The notes under the pieces were generated by a model. The model was not told the DNA's origin. It saw only the letters and a list, made by a program, of their open reading frames with translations, and searched no databases. The position numbers were made by a program, and so were the translations under genes. From contig CBDFLE010000005.1 in assembly GCA_965248925.1 (NCBI GenBank), forward strand, positions 256,001 through 320,000: a stretch of 64,000 nucleotides of DNA, read 5' to 3'. The stretch's first letter is position 1; each line of letters begins with the position of its first letter. The DNA comes from Candidatus Multivoradales bacterium (lineage in GTDB: Bacteria; Acidobacteriota; Thermoanaerobaculia; Multivoradales; J023). Of this stretch, positions 50,401 to 58,732 are shown in pieces.

Positions 50401-50919
50401 GCGGATCCGGAATGGAGCGAGAACCTGATGCTAGAGCAGGCAGTTCCAGCAGCCTTGTCTCATTACTTGTATGGTCAGGCTCAGCCAATTCTCATGTTAG
50501 ATCCGCTGGGACTCTTGGCATTCAAGTACCATGAGAGTTGCAGGAAACTTTCCGAAGCTGACCGCAAGGCGCTGGAGAACGCTGCCAACAATGCGGCAGA
50601 CCTCGCGCCCTTGACTCCCCGGTGCAAAGCGAACCCGAGAAAAAACATCAAGGTAAAGTGCGGAAGTTGCGGGAACAACTGCGGGCGACAGTTGGGGAAG
50701 ACCATCTGTATCAACATGAGCAAGATCCAGAAAGGCATATGTGGAGCTGGACCTGGATGCCTGGCCTCGACCATACTTCACGAGATCGTGCATACTTGTG
50801 GCGGTAATGAACGCGACGCTTATGCTTGCGAGAAGCGTTTCTTCCCTACTTCTTGCCGCTTCACCGTACCGGAGAAATATCGGCCGACACCTGATTGCCC
50901 AACGCCATGCACCGACTAA
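47449..50919 (+). CDS. 5'-truncated Rhs duplicate with a different HExxH tip
   Basis: Homology to Rhs1 starts at ~47382 with no signal peptide or N-domain; DPLGL, then tip with LHEIVH..ERDAY. Confidence 0.9.
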   Translation: MTRISLAGTDASERIAGSWAYDPFGNVVQMWKGAANFNDAGAVDRWSMSFDDPQLPMVTTVTDPMGEISTYTLGRDSESRKPRLEQLEGSCPSCGTGPNSRLFYEDPAHPLRPTRQIDGGGTTTLTTYDANGQAISRVEALGTAEERETTWQRDLTYPALITEIERPSTTGSPLDFRRTTFTLSGRGNATDRIDEGVEDGQAFSYTTTTTYTAEGQPEDRDQPGYGTADVTTSAWDAARGGLVLASRTDPLIGSTLFGYDPFNRRTSVTDPNGVASETQYDPLNRVLFSLQKGAVPAEDLITEQRYTVFGDLFQTVLPRGNVLEYGYDPTGRLVSIERKPDDLPGSHVERTFYTLDGFGHRVREELQSWDGASWTSASTTDYLYSTRCHLDQMIEGAGSPEQAITEYAYNCDGDLERLWDANHPSAGQTAAASTVYGYDPLDRLTSVSQPFGGAAGGQAVTTYGFDVQDHLTAVSDAEGTVTSYLYSDRDLLTGETSEVSGVTSHLYNEHGRLTQTIDARSIATQRTLDELDRVTLVDYPDDTLDVTYTYDDPQVPFSLGRLTQIERDGQPIDYQFDRFGRMTQDGELTYAFDANGNQSEILYPGGVRAIYTFDHADRHLTLDAEVPGQGIQSIVTGAFYQPIGPLRQLTRGNGVTESRQHDSRYQPASITAVGPGGTLLDWDYTTDGVGNITVIGDLLDSLNNRTYAYQEYQYFLTQGAGPWGALAWAYDKIGNRLSETRDGATDIYQYLANAAASGNTAKLDQIALGAGGSRVYTFDAAGNQIGIDENGDPVTYTFDDSGRLSAIDHPSAQASSVMFYDGRSYLRQAVGREPDTSGNALFCDGFETGDISAWGDPGASSCTAEAVTEAAYSSDGVLQRRAGATEANAVLYFGGQPVAQTGGALETHLTADHLGTPVLASSTVGDSNWSGGFEPFGSDFANAGDAGVFLRFPGQWDDATWGAGEGAFYNVHRWYGAGTGRYGRADPEWSENLMLEQAVPAALSHYLYGQAQPILMLDPLGLLAFKYHESCRKLSEADRKALENAANNAADLAPLTPRCKANPRKNIKVKCGSCGNNCGRQLGKTICINMSKIQKGICGAGPGCLASTILHEIVHTCGGNERDAYACEKRFFPTSCRFTVPEKYRPTPDCPTPCTD

Positions 50920-51362
50920 TTCCTCTTCTCCTACTGGTCGGCCTCGTACCAACACCGGCTGCTGCGAAGTGCGCGTTCGCGAAGTACACTGTCGAGGGTA
51001 CAGTCGAGATTCCTGCTGGCGTGGAGCACAACCAGATCAAGATCTACCTCTTTCTGGAAGGTATGGGGCGAACCAGCGACTATCCGGCACGAGCCGGTTC
51101 GCCAGAATATGTAGTGCCGGATAGTGACGGTCAGTTCGAAGTAGAAGCATGGCTCAATACGTTTTCGTCCCGCACTCCCTTGATCGGCGACCGTTGTAGG
51201 AAAGTCGTCAAGTATGGCGACCTGTTCATTGTTGGCGAGTTCCTTCGAGCAAGAAGGCTCCACGTGAACTTTGGAGAATCAAAGCGTCAGATCAGAAGAG
51301 AGCTGGATGTTTCGTCCAGGGTGCCGAGGGTCTATCTGACGAAACTCGCGCCTCCTGATTGA
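50907..51362 (+). CDS. Putative exported immunity protein for the Rhs2 tip
   Basis: Overlaps the toxin stop; signal peptide (LIPLLLLVGLVPTPAAA). Confidence 0.65.
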   Translation: MHRLIPLLLLVGLVPTPAAAKCAFAKYTVEGTVEIPAGVEHNQIKIYLFLEGMGRTSDYPARAGSPEYVVPDSDGQFEVEAWLNTFSSRTPLIGDRCRKVVKYGDLFIVGEFLRARRLHVNFGESKRQIRRELDVSSRVPRVYLTKLAPPD

Positions 51363-51456
51363 GGGTGTCTTACCGCGACCCTAACCAACCGCTGCTGCTA
51401 AAGGCTCCGCCTATGGCGCGACCTCGCAAGGCCCCAGGCTGGGGAGATGCACCGCT

Positions 51457-51807
51457 GTGATAAAGCAGACAGTAGCCGTACTAGTTGCCTTGGTAACTAC
51501 TGGGTGTTTCTCCAGTGGATTGCAGAACAAGTTTCGAGAATCCCTAGGTTGCGGCCTGACGGTTGAAGATGTTCGGGAAATAGCCGAGAGTTCAAGAGTA
51601 AGTCGCTTCAGCTGCTATCACCCTGGAGGGGGGCTTTACACCTGCTCTGCGGCCTGGGGTCTACGAGGCTATGATTGCGAGTTCGATTCGAAGGGCGGCC
51701 TGGTTGCCTACAGACACGTCAAGCTAAGGCCGCTAATCGAAGTGATCGTCTCAGAAACCGTGGTGCTCTGCATTGTGCCATCAACTGAGGTCAGCGAAAC
51801 GAACTAG
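51457..51807 (+). CDS. Small lipoprotein (orphan immunity candidate)
   Basis: Lipobox TTGC. Confidence 0.6.
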   Translation: MIKQTVAVLVALVTTGCFSSGLQNKFRESLGCGLTVEDVREIAESSRVSRFSCYHPGGGLYTCSAAWGLRGYDCEFDSKGGLVAYRHVKLRPLIEVIVSETVVLCIVPSTEVSETN

Positions 51808-51880
51808 TCGGGGTATCAGGCCCGAACGCGCGAGATGTTACGCTAAATAAGGGGCGGCCATCCAAGAGCAGGAAAGCCAA

Positions 51881-52501
51881 GTGTCCAGGAGAGCGATGAT
51901 GCCAAGGTTAGCCGCAGTCTCAAGCAACCTTCTTGCATCTCTTGTTGCGCTTCTTACGCTGGCCTGCTTGTCGCCGCCTTTCGTTGGTTCTGTGAAGCCA
52001 TGGGGTAGATCGAATGCGTTCGTCAGCGGCTTGCGTTGCCAGATGGTAGAGGCAGATATTGAGGGACAAGTACAGCAGTTTCCAAAGATGCTTCTTCACC
52101 GGCCCGACAGCTATCCTCATGAACTGGTCGCTCAAAAGGGCGACACCATGGTCATCTTGGAAATGAACAGTAACCTACTGCAGACATACCAGATATCTTG
52201 GACGAGTGGATTTACCCAAATGTCCTCACACCTTAAATATGACCTTTGCGAGAAACGCTATTTGGTAGAAATGTGGCTCGTGAGTTCTAGGGAATACGGC
52301 GGCGCAGCAGTCTTGCTGGACGGCGTGCTCGTGGGCAAGCTCAACGGATGGGGCGGATTCGCGCGAGACATTCCCTTGGGGGTCCACGAGTTACGGATCG
52401 AGAGGCCCGGCCTTGGCACCTGGGTATTGGAGCTGCTCTATGACGAGTCTAGTCTCGGCCATGATCGGATCCCGATCGGGGTGATGACCAAGCTGGACTA
52501 A
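51881..52501 (+). CDS. Lipoprotein with C-terminal PEGA-like domain (orphan immunity candidate)
   Basis: Lipobox TLAC; GAAVLLDG..VG..IPLGVHELRIERPG. Confidence 0.6.
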   Translation: MSRRAMMPRLAAVSSNLLASLVALLTLACLSPPFVGSVKPWGRSNAFVSGLRCQMVEADIEGQVQQFPKMLLHRPDSYPHELVAQKGDTMVILEMNSNLLQTYQISWTSGFTQMSSHLKYDLCEKRYLVEMWLVSSREYGGAAVLLDGVLVGKLNGWGGFARDIPLGVHELRIERPGLGTWVLELLYDESSLGHDRIPIGVMTKLD

Positions 52502-52675
52502 CGACACGGGGCTCCCAACTTCGGCAATTCTCGGACTAAGAATGTTCGCGACAGCGTGGTCTAGGCCGCCAGCCGCGCGGCTCTGGACCGCAGCACGTCG
52601 CCAGCCTGGTGATAGCGCATGGCCACGGCCGGCGTGCGGTGCCCCACTCGACCCAGGTTCTGGCGACGGTGGCGA

Positions 52676-53251
52676 ATGAAGTTGCGCTCACTCTCGGCTG
52701 TAGCCTTTCTCCTGCTTGCCTGGGCAGGTTGTGCTTCAGTGGTTGTCGATCGTCATGATCGAATATTGATTAGTGGAAAAATCCAGGACGAATCTGGTGA
52801 TCTGCTCAGAGATGCCAAGTGCTTCTTTGTAGACTCTGGACTGGGCGATTGGCGCCATGGCAAATTTGAATCCTCCATCCTGGCTTCCAGTGATCAGCTT
52901 GGGCGGGTTCACGTTTTATTTAACTACAGCTGGGGATATGAGTTGCCGGGCTCACGTCCTCGCGAGTTGCCGGCTGCCGACATTCGACACTTCTCTATAA
53001 GTCGTAAGAAAGCTTGGATATCGCCCTTTTCATGTAGAATTCGACTACAAACAAGTCGAGCGCCTGGACGTGTTTGCCAACACGAACGGAAGCACTTGAT
53101 GCAAATGCGAGAGCCCAGAATCCAACGGCTCCTCACGGAGCGCGTGCCCACTCGTCAGATAACCAACCTCTTGGAATGCGAGGCTTACGGTGTAGGCTCC
53201 AAGTGCCTTTCAAGGCTATATCCTTTTTCGTTTTCTGGAACTCCATTCTGA
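52676..53251 (+). pseudogene. Chimeric remnant: lipoprotein 5' part fused to a fragment of an Rhs1-like toxin tip
   Basis: WAGC lipobox; 53072-53223 encodes VCQHERKH..ECEAYGVGS..LYP, homologous to the Rhs1 C-terminus. Confidence 0.7.
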
Positions 53252-53655
53252 TGAGCATGATGATTTTTGCTATCGTCCTTCTACTCCTATGCCTTAATTG
53301 TCACTCGGTGCCAACAGAACACAGCATAGAAGTCGACAACGAAATCTCTGACGCGATAGCAATTTGCGATATATACTGCGAAATAAAGATAACAGAATTA
53401 CGGGCGCTAACTTTTCAGTTGTGGATAGAGGGTGATACTGAGGTTCTGAGTTCTGTGTCAACTAGTGAATTGAATAATCTCAGAATACACATCACTGACT
53501 TTGCCCGCAGTGAAGGATTTGGCTTCTATGTATATGCCGAAGACAAGGAATATCTCAGCGAAATTGCTTCGCTCGTGAACAGACTTCTTGGACGACAGGT
53601 TGCCAGAGATGTACGGTTGACAGAGGTTTCTCTAAGTGAATGGATGCCGACGTAA
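53251..53655 (+). CDS. Putative immunity lipoprotein, distant paralog of 24962-25402
   Basis: Follows the Rhs1-like tip fragment; CLNC lipobox-like; similar C-terminal I..(I/V)N....V..DV...EV..E pattern. Confidence 0.6.
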   Translation: MSMMIFAIVLLLLCLNCHSVPTEHSIEVDNEISDAIAICDIYCEIKITELRALTFQLWIEGDTEVLSSVSTSELNNLRIHITDFARSEGFGFYVYAEDKEYLSEIASLVNRLLGRQVARDVRLTEVSLSEWMPT

Positions 53656-53780
53656 CGTTGTCGGTGGGCAAAAACGCCAACAGAAACAGGTGCCACTCTC
53701 TTCGGGGCCGCGGGGCTGAGAAAAAATTGCTCGCTCTTGTAGGCGGCAGGCTCTCATCACAACCAGCTAGGCTGGCCGCC

Positions 53781-54653
53781 TCAATGATCGAGGATCAGGG
53801 CCGTAGGCGGAGCTTGGGCGACTGGCGGCCAGTCGATGAGCAGTCCAGCACCGATACCTTGGGCGACTGGCTCGCCGTAGAGATGGTCTACCAGATACAT
53901 TGCCACGTCGAAGCTACGCACCCCGCCCTGGGAGGTCAGCGCCCTGCCATCGTGAACGAAACTTGGTCCTCGGTGCAGGTCAACAGCGGGAAAGCGGTCG
54001 CTGAAGCGGTCGTAGTCCTTGGGGAAGGTGGTCATTGCCGTGCCGTCGAGCAAGCCAGCTTCGGCCAACACGAAGGCGCCCCAACAGAGCGACATGACAT
54101 AGCTTGCCCGGCCCCCGCGTTCGGCGACCCAGGCGATCATCCGCTGGTCTTTGAGATCACTAGAGGGGCTACCAACAGCACTCGGCACCACCAAGATGTC
54201 GAACTCAGGGGCGTTGTCGAAGCTGTGGTTGACGCCGATTTGCAGCCCCTCGGCGGTGGTGATCGGCTGGCCGTCCGCTGATACTGCGAAGATCTCGAGC
54301 GGCGGCACCCCTTCGACATAGCTGGCGACGTGATCGAGCACGTCCCAGGGCGCCGTCAGCTCGGTGTTGTAGACCCCATCAACCAGCAGGAAGGCCGCCT
54401 TTAAGGGGCGATCCAAGGGTATTTCGATCTGCCGCGGCACCCGCGGCCAAGAACTCGCCGCGGCGCTTTGGGGCGCGGCGGTGGCGGTGGGAGTGCCGGC
54501 GCTGACACTCGGTTCGGGGTGGTGATCGCTACTTGTAGGCGAACTCGAAGTCGCCGGCGCGCAGCCGTTCGCGAGGAGGATCAGTATGCCGAGCAGCGAT
54601 GCCGAGAGGGAGCGATGGATGGGTGCCACGAGGTCCTCCAGATGCAAATTCAA
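53781..54653 (-). CDS. DJ-1/PfpI (GlxA-like) family lipoprotein
   Basis: LANGC lipobox; ELTAPWDVL, DILVVP, SLCWGAFVLAEAGLLDG, LTSQG. Confidence 0.88.
   Translation of the reverse strand: MNLHLEDLVAPIHRSLSASLLGILILLANGCAPATSSSPTSSDHHPEPSVSAGTPTATAAPQSAAASSWPRVPRQIEIPLDRPLKAAFLLVDGVYNTELTAPWDVLDHVASYVEGVPPLEIFAVSADGQPITTAEGLQIGVNHSFDNAPEFDILVVPSAVGSPSSDLKDQRMIAWVAERGGRASYVMSLCWGAFVLAEAGLLDGTAMTTFPKDYDRFSDRFPAVDLHRGPSFVHDGRALTSQGGVRSFDVAMYLVDHLYGEPVAQGIGAGLLIDWPPVAQAPPTALILDH
53792..53829. repeat. 38-bp direct repeat, right island boundary (inside the DJ-1/PfpI 3' end)
   Basis: GGATCAGGGCCGTAGGCGGAGCTTGGGCGACTGGCGGC. Confidence 0.9.
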
Positions 54654-54763
54654 CCCTAATAGGTGAGTGGGGGGCAGCGCCGATCTTGTCAGCAGGCGGG
54701 GAGGGCGGCAAGTTCAAACTCGATCTCTGCGCTGGTGGGTAGTCGTTGGGGTAGGCTCTAGGG

Positions 54764-55453
54764 GTGCTAGAAACTCTGCTCTTTAGCGGTCTCTTCCTGG
54801 TCCTGCATGTGCAGGGCTTGCGGCGTTGGCCGGAGAGGCCGTTTCATTTGCAACTGGCGGTGTCCAGGGGCTGGGCGGCGCTGTGTCTGGTGGCCCTCGG
54901 CCTGGGTACCTTGATCGGGGCGCGGCGACTCTGGCGCTTGGCCTTCGTGGACTTTCGCCCGCCAGGAGATCCCGCCTTCTTGATTGTCTTCTTCATTCTC
55001 GGTCATTTGATCGCCGATTTCATTTGGCTGGCTTATGGTTGGCGGGTTCGGCAGTCGCGACCGCGGGCCGATTTGCTGGCGCATCATCTGCTCGGAGTGG
55101 TGGCTTGTGGGCTAGCTCTGTGGCTGCATTGCGCGCCGCTGCTGGTTGGTGTGGTGTTGATTACCGAGCTGATGCCGGTGGTCAGCGGGCTGCACGCCTG
55201 GGCCAGGCTGGGTCGCAACATCGCTCTGCAGCGGCTGGCGGCGAGGCTGCGCTTGCTGACTTTGGTGGGCTTGCGAATACCGGTTTGGGCCTTTTTCTTG
55301 TGGCGGGCGATTCCGCTGGCCCTCGGTGACCGCGGCGGTGTGGAAGTTGTTGCGATCTATCCCTTGGTCATCGCCGCGGTGCTCTGTGTCTTGGCGCTCG
55401 ATCTGCGCTGGACTCGGATGTCTTGGCGGGCGCTGGTCACGGCTGAAAGCTAG
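54764..55453 (+). CDS. TLC-domain-like membrane protein
   Basis: Multiple TMs; D.L.HH, ITEL, LRIP motifs. Confidence 0.6.
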   Translation: MLETLLFSGLFLVLHVQGLRRWPERPFHLQLAVSRGWAALCLVALGLGTLIGARRLWRLAFVDFRPPGDPAFLIVFFILGHLIADFIWLAYGWRVRQSRPRADLLAHHLLGVVACGLALWLHCAPLLVGVVLITELMPVVSGLHAWARLGRNIALQRLAARLRLLTLVGLRIPVWAFFLWRAIPLALGDRGGVEVVAIYPLVIAAVLCVLALDLRWTRMSWRALVTAES

Positions 55454-55599
55454 CGCGCTCAAAGGTAGAGCCTGGCGGCTGGTTGTCGTAGGATGCGGTG
55501 GCTCGCCAGGACCGGCTTTCGTCCGCAAGAGTAGCCCTGCACAGCCTAGCGACAGCCGAGCAAGGCGGTGACATCTCACAAGCTGGAGGTTCAAGACCC

Positions 55600-56019
55600 A
55601 TGCCTTATAGTCCCTTACTCGTCAAACCGATGCGCGAAGAACTCACCACGGTGGGTTTCGAGGAGCTTGCCGATGCGAGTTCCGTCGATAGTTTCCTCGG
55701 TGATACCGAAGGCTCTTCCTTCCTGGTGATCAATTCAGTCTGTGGCTGTGCCGCGGGCATGGCTCGTCCAGGAGTTCGCCAGGCCCTTGAGGAGGGCAGC
55801 CGCCCCGATCACCTGGGAACGGTCTTTGCCGGCCAAGATGTCGAAGCCACCGCCAAGGCCCGTGGCTATTTCGCCCAGGTACCGCCATCGAGCCCGTCGA
55901 TGGCTCTGTTCAAGGACGGTGAACTAGTCTACTTCTTGCCGCGCCACCGCATCGAGGGGCGCAGTGCCGAGGATGTGGCGGCGGATCTTCGTACCGCTTT
56001 CGCAGAGCATTGCGGCTGA
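55600..56019 (+). CDS. BrxA/BrxB family bacilliredoxin
   Basis: PMREELT, INSVCGCAAG.ARP, TVFAGQD, PSSPSMALFKDG. Confidence 0.92.
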   Translation: MPYSPLLVKPMREELTTVGFEELADASSVDSFLGDTEGSSFLVINSVCGCAAGMARPGVRQALEEGSRPDHLGTVFAGQDVEATAKARGYFAQVPPSSPSMALFKDGELVYFLPRHRIEGRSAEDVAADLRTAFAEHCG

Positions 56020-56024
56020 GCGCG

Positions 56025-56297
56025 ATGGGTACCTTTCACCAGAATAAGAGCGAGCTGCACGGCATCACGGTAGTGGTCGACACCGATGGACCAGAGATCT
56101 ACGTTGGCCGTTGTGACGACGAGGACGACCAGCGCCTGGTGTTGCTCGATGTCGATGTTCATCGCGCTGGCGATGACGGGCTGTCGAAGGCTCAGTACCT
56201 GGAGCGGGCGGCCCAGTTTGGGGTCTGGAAGAAGCATCAGCAGCTGGTGCTAGAGCGCAGCCAGGTAACCTCGATTCGCCGCCTCGCCGAGGTTTGA
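56025..56297 (+). CDS. Small hypothetical protein
   Basis: Co-oriented and tightly packed in the operon (MGTFHQNKSELHGITVVVDT..). Confidence 0.6.
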   Translation: MGTFHQNKSELHGITVVVDTDGPEIYVGRCDDEDDQRLVLLDVDVHRAGDDGLSKAQYLERAAQFGVWKKHQQLVLERSQVTSIRRLAEV

Positions 56298-56298
56298 G

Positions 56299-56676
56299 TT
56301 GCTACCGATGGCGAAGCTCTGGTTGGTAGCAGGGGCGTTGTGCTGCGCGTTGGCGGTAGTCGCCGGAGCCTTCGGCGCCCATGCACTTGAGAAGCGGCTC
56401 GACCAGCATTCCCTGGCCTTGTGGGAAACCGCCGCGCGCTATTTGATGTTCGGCGCTCTGGGCTTGTTGGCCATCGGCCTGGTGGGCTTGCAGCGGGCCC
56501 AGCGGGTGATTGCCGTTGCTGGTGCCCTGGAACTATCCGGCGCCCTGCTGTTCAGCACCACGGTGGCGATTTTAGCCCTTGGTGGCCCGCGGTGGTTGGG
56601 AGCGGTGACGCCGCTCGGTGGTTTGATGATGATTGGCGGCTTCGTGGCTTTGGCCTGGGCCGCTTGGCAGCTTTGA
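56299..56676 (+). CDS. DUF423 (YgdD/TMEM256) membrane protein
   Basis: GAFGAH, W.TA.RY, LFS, LGAVTPLGG. Confidence 0.9.
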   Translation: MLPMAKLWLVAGALCCALAVVAGAFGAHALEKRLDQHSLALWETAARYLMFGALGLLAIGLVGLQRAQRVIAVAGALELSGALLFSTTVAILALGGPRWLGAVTPLGGLMMIGGFVALAWAAWQL

Positions 56677-56762
56677 TCAGTAGCGCAACGCGGCCGATCG
56701 AGCGAAAACAAACAAATTCGTCACCTATGGATCGTCTGATCCGCTAGAGGAGAAGGACCGCC

Positions 56763-58394
56763 ATGAGCAACGCAATCGTCCAAGTACCACCGCCCCACAA
56801 CGAGCCGGTGCTGAACTACGGACCCAAGTCCGCCGAAAAGCTGACCCTCAAGCAGCGCCTTAGCGCCATGCACACCGAGCGCATTGAGATCCCCCTGTTG
56901 ATAGGTGGCAAGGAGGTGCGAACCGGCAAAATGGCGACCGCGGTTTGCCCGCACGAGCACGGCCATGTGCTGGCGGACTTTCACCAGGCCGGACTGGCCG
57001 AGGTCGAGCAGGCGATCGCCGCCGCCGACGAGGCTTGGCATAGTTGGTCGGAAATGGCCTGGGAAGATCGCGCGGCGGTGTTCCTCAAGGCCGCTGATCT
57101 TTTGGCCGGCCCGTGGCGCGACACCCTCAACGCCGCCACCATGCTCAACCAGTCGAAGACCGTGGTGCAGGCCGAGATTGACGCCGCTTGCGAGTTGATC
57201 GATTTCTGGCGCTGCAACGTCCACTTCATGTCTCAGATCTACGCCGAGCAGCCTCGTTCTTCGGCGAACACCTGGAATCACCTTGAGTATCGGGCGCTCG
57301 AAGGCTTCGTCTTCGCTGTCTCGCCGTTCAACTTCACTGCCATCGCCGGCAACCTGCCCACCGCTCCGGCAATGATGGGCAATACGACGGTGTGGAAGCC
57401 GGCTTCCACCTCAGTCTTGTCCGGCTACTACATCATGAAGCTGCTCGAAGAGGCCGGCCTGCCTCCCGGGGTGATCAACTTCGTCCCCGGTCGCGGCGCC
57501 GCGGTGGGCGATCCGGTGATGGACAGCAAGGCGCTTGCCGGCATTCACTTCACCGGCTCAACGGCGGTGTTCCAAGGCATGTGGCGATCGGTGGGCGACA
57601 ACATCCAGCGCTACCGCTCCTACCCGCGGATCGTCGGTGAGACCGGTGGCAAAGACTTTGTCTTCGCCCATCCCTCGGCGGATGTCGAGGCGTTGGTGAT
57701 CGCGCTGGTCCGTGGCGCTTTCGAATACCAGGGCCAGAAGTGCTCTGCGGCCTCACGGGCGTTCATTCCGCGATCCCTATGGCAGCGGGTTTCCGAGCGC
57801 TTGCGGGCCGAGGTTCACTCCATTCGGCAGGGCACGCCGCTTGATTTTCGCAACTTCATGGCGGCGGTGATCGACGCCAAATCATTCCGCACTCAGCAAG
57901 CTGCCATCGAGCGCGCCGAGGCTGCAAGCGACGCCGAGGTGTTGATCGGCGGTGGCTGCGACGCCTCGGTGGGTTGGTTTGTCGAGCCGACGGTGATTCA
58001 CACCTCCAATCCGGGCTACGAGACCATGCGTGAGGAACTCTTTGGCCCGGTGCTGACCACCTTCGTCTACGAAGACGATCGCCTCGATGAAGCCTTGACC
58101 TTCTGCGACACCGGCAGCGACTACGCCCTTACCGGCGCTATTTTCGCTCGCGACCGTCGCTCCATCGTCGAACTCAGCCGCCGGCTGCGTCATTCCGCCG
58201 GCAACTTCTACATCAACGACAAGCCCACCGGCGCGGTGGTCGGCCAACAGCCCTTCGGTGGCGCCCGCGCCTCTGGCACCAACGACAAAGCCGGCTCAGT
58301 GTTCAACTTGCTGCGGTGGGTTTCTCAACGGACGGTCAAAGAGACCTTCGTGCCGCAGCGCTCCTACGGCTATCCGCACATGGACGAATCGTAG
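56763..58394 (+). CDS. pruA: L-glutamate gamma-semialdehyde (P5C) dehydrogenase
   Basis: NEPV..Y, SPFNFTAI, FTGST, GETGGKD, FEYQGQKCSA, QPFGG.RASGTNDKAG. Confidence 0.96.
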   Translation: MSNAIVQVPPPHNEPVLNYGPKSAEKLTLKQRLSAMHTERIEIPLLIGGKEVRTGKMATAVCPHEHGHVLADFHQAGLAEVEQAIAAADEAWHSWSEMAWEDRAAVFLKAADLLAGPWRDTLNAATMLNQSKTVVQAEIDAACELIDFWRCNVHFMSQIYAEQPRSSANTWNHLEYRALEGFVFAVSPFNFTAIAGNLPTAPAMMGNTTVWKPASTSVLSGYYIMKLLEEAGLPPGVINFVPGRGAAVGDPVMDSKALAGIHFTGSTAVFQGMWRSVGDNIQRYRSYPRIVGETGGKDFVFAHPSADVEALVIALVRGAFEYQGQKCSAASRAFIPRSLWQRVSERLRAEVHSIRQGTPLDFRNFMAAVIDAKSFRTQQAAIERAEAASDAEVLIGGGCDASVGWFVEPTVIHTSNPGYETMREELFGPVLTTFVYEDDRLDEALTFCDTGSDYALTGAIFARDRRSIVELSRRLRHSAGNFYINDKPTGAVVGQQPFGGARASGTNDKAGSVFNLLRWVSQRTVKETFVPQRSYGYPHMDES

Positions 58395-58732
58395 GCACAG
58401 GCGGTGGGGGGAGACTCAGTCGGCGAGGACTTGGTCGAGGCTGGTGGAGTCGAGTAGTCGGGGGTTTGTGAGACCGAAGAGGACCTGACGATCTGGCCGT
58501 GGTCTTCTAACTGGATGTCTCGGGGATTACAAAAACGCCTGAGAACAAGCGATTTGCTCTCCGTCCCGCCAGGGACGTCACATCCCAGAGAGGGATTTCG
58601 ATCCCTCGTGGAGGCGCAGCGTGATTCTCCGGGTGCAGGCTCCGGAACCCCGCAAGTGATTGAAATCACTCGCTGCAGAATAACGTCCCCGACGGGTCGA
58701 GGACGCGATTCGTCCCAGGTTCGCGCGGAGAT

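Larger units (their letters stand above)
15705..53829. mobile_element. ~38 kb genomic island inserted in the 3' end of the DJ-1/PfpI gene
   Basis: Flanking 38-bp direct repeat; interior rich in IS, integrase, intron, radC and Rhs; housekeeping genes outside. Confidence 0.8.
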
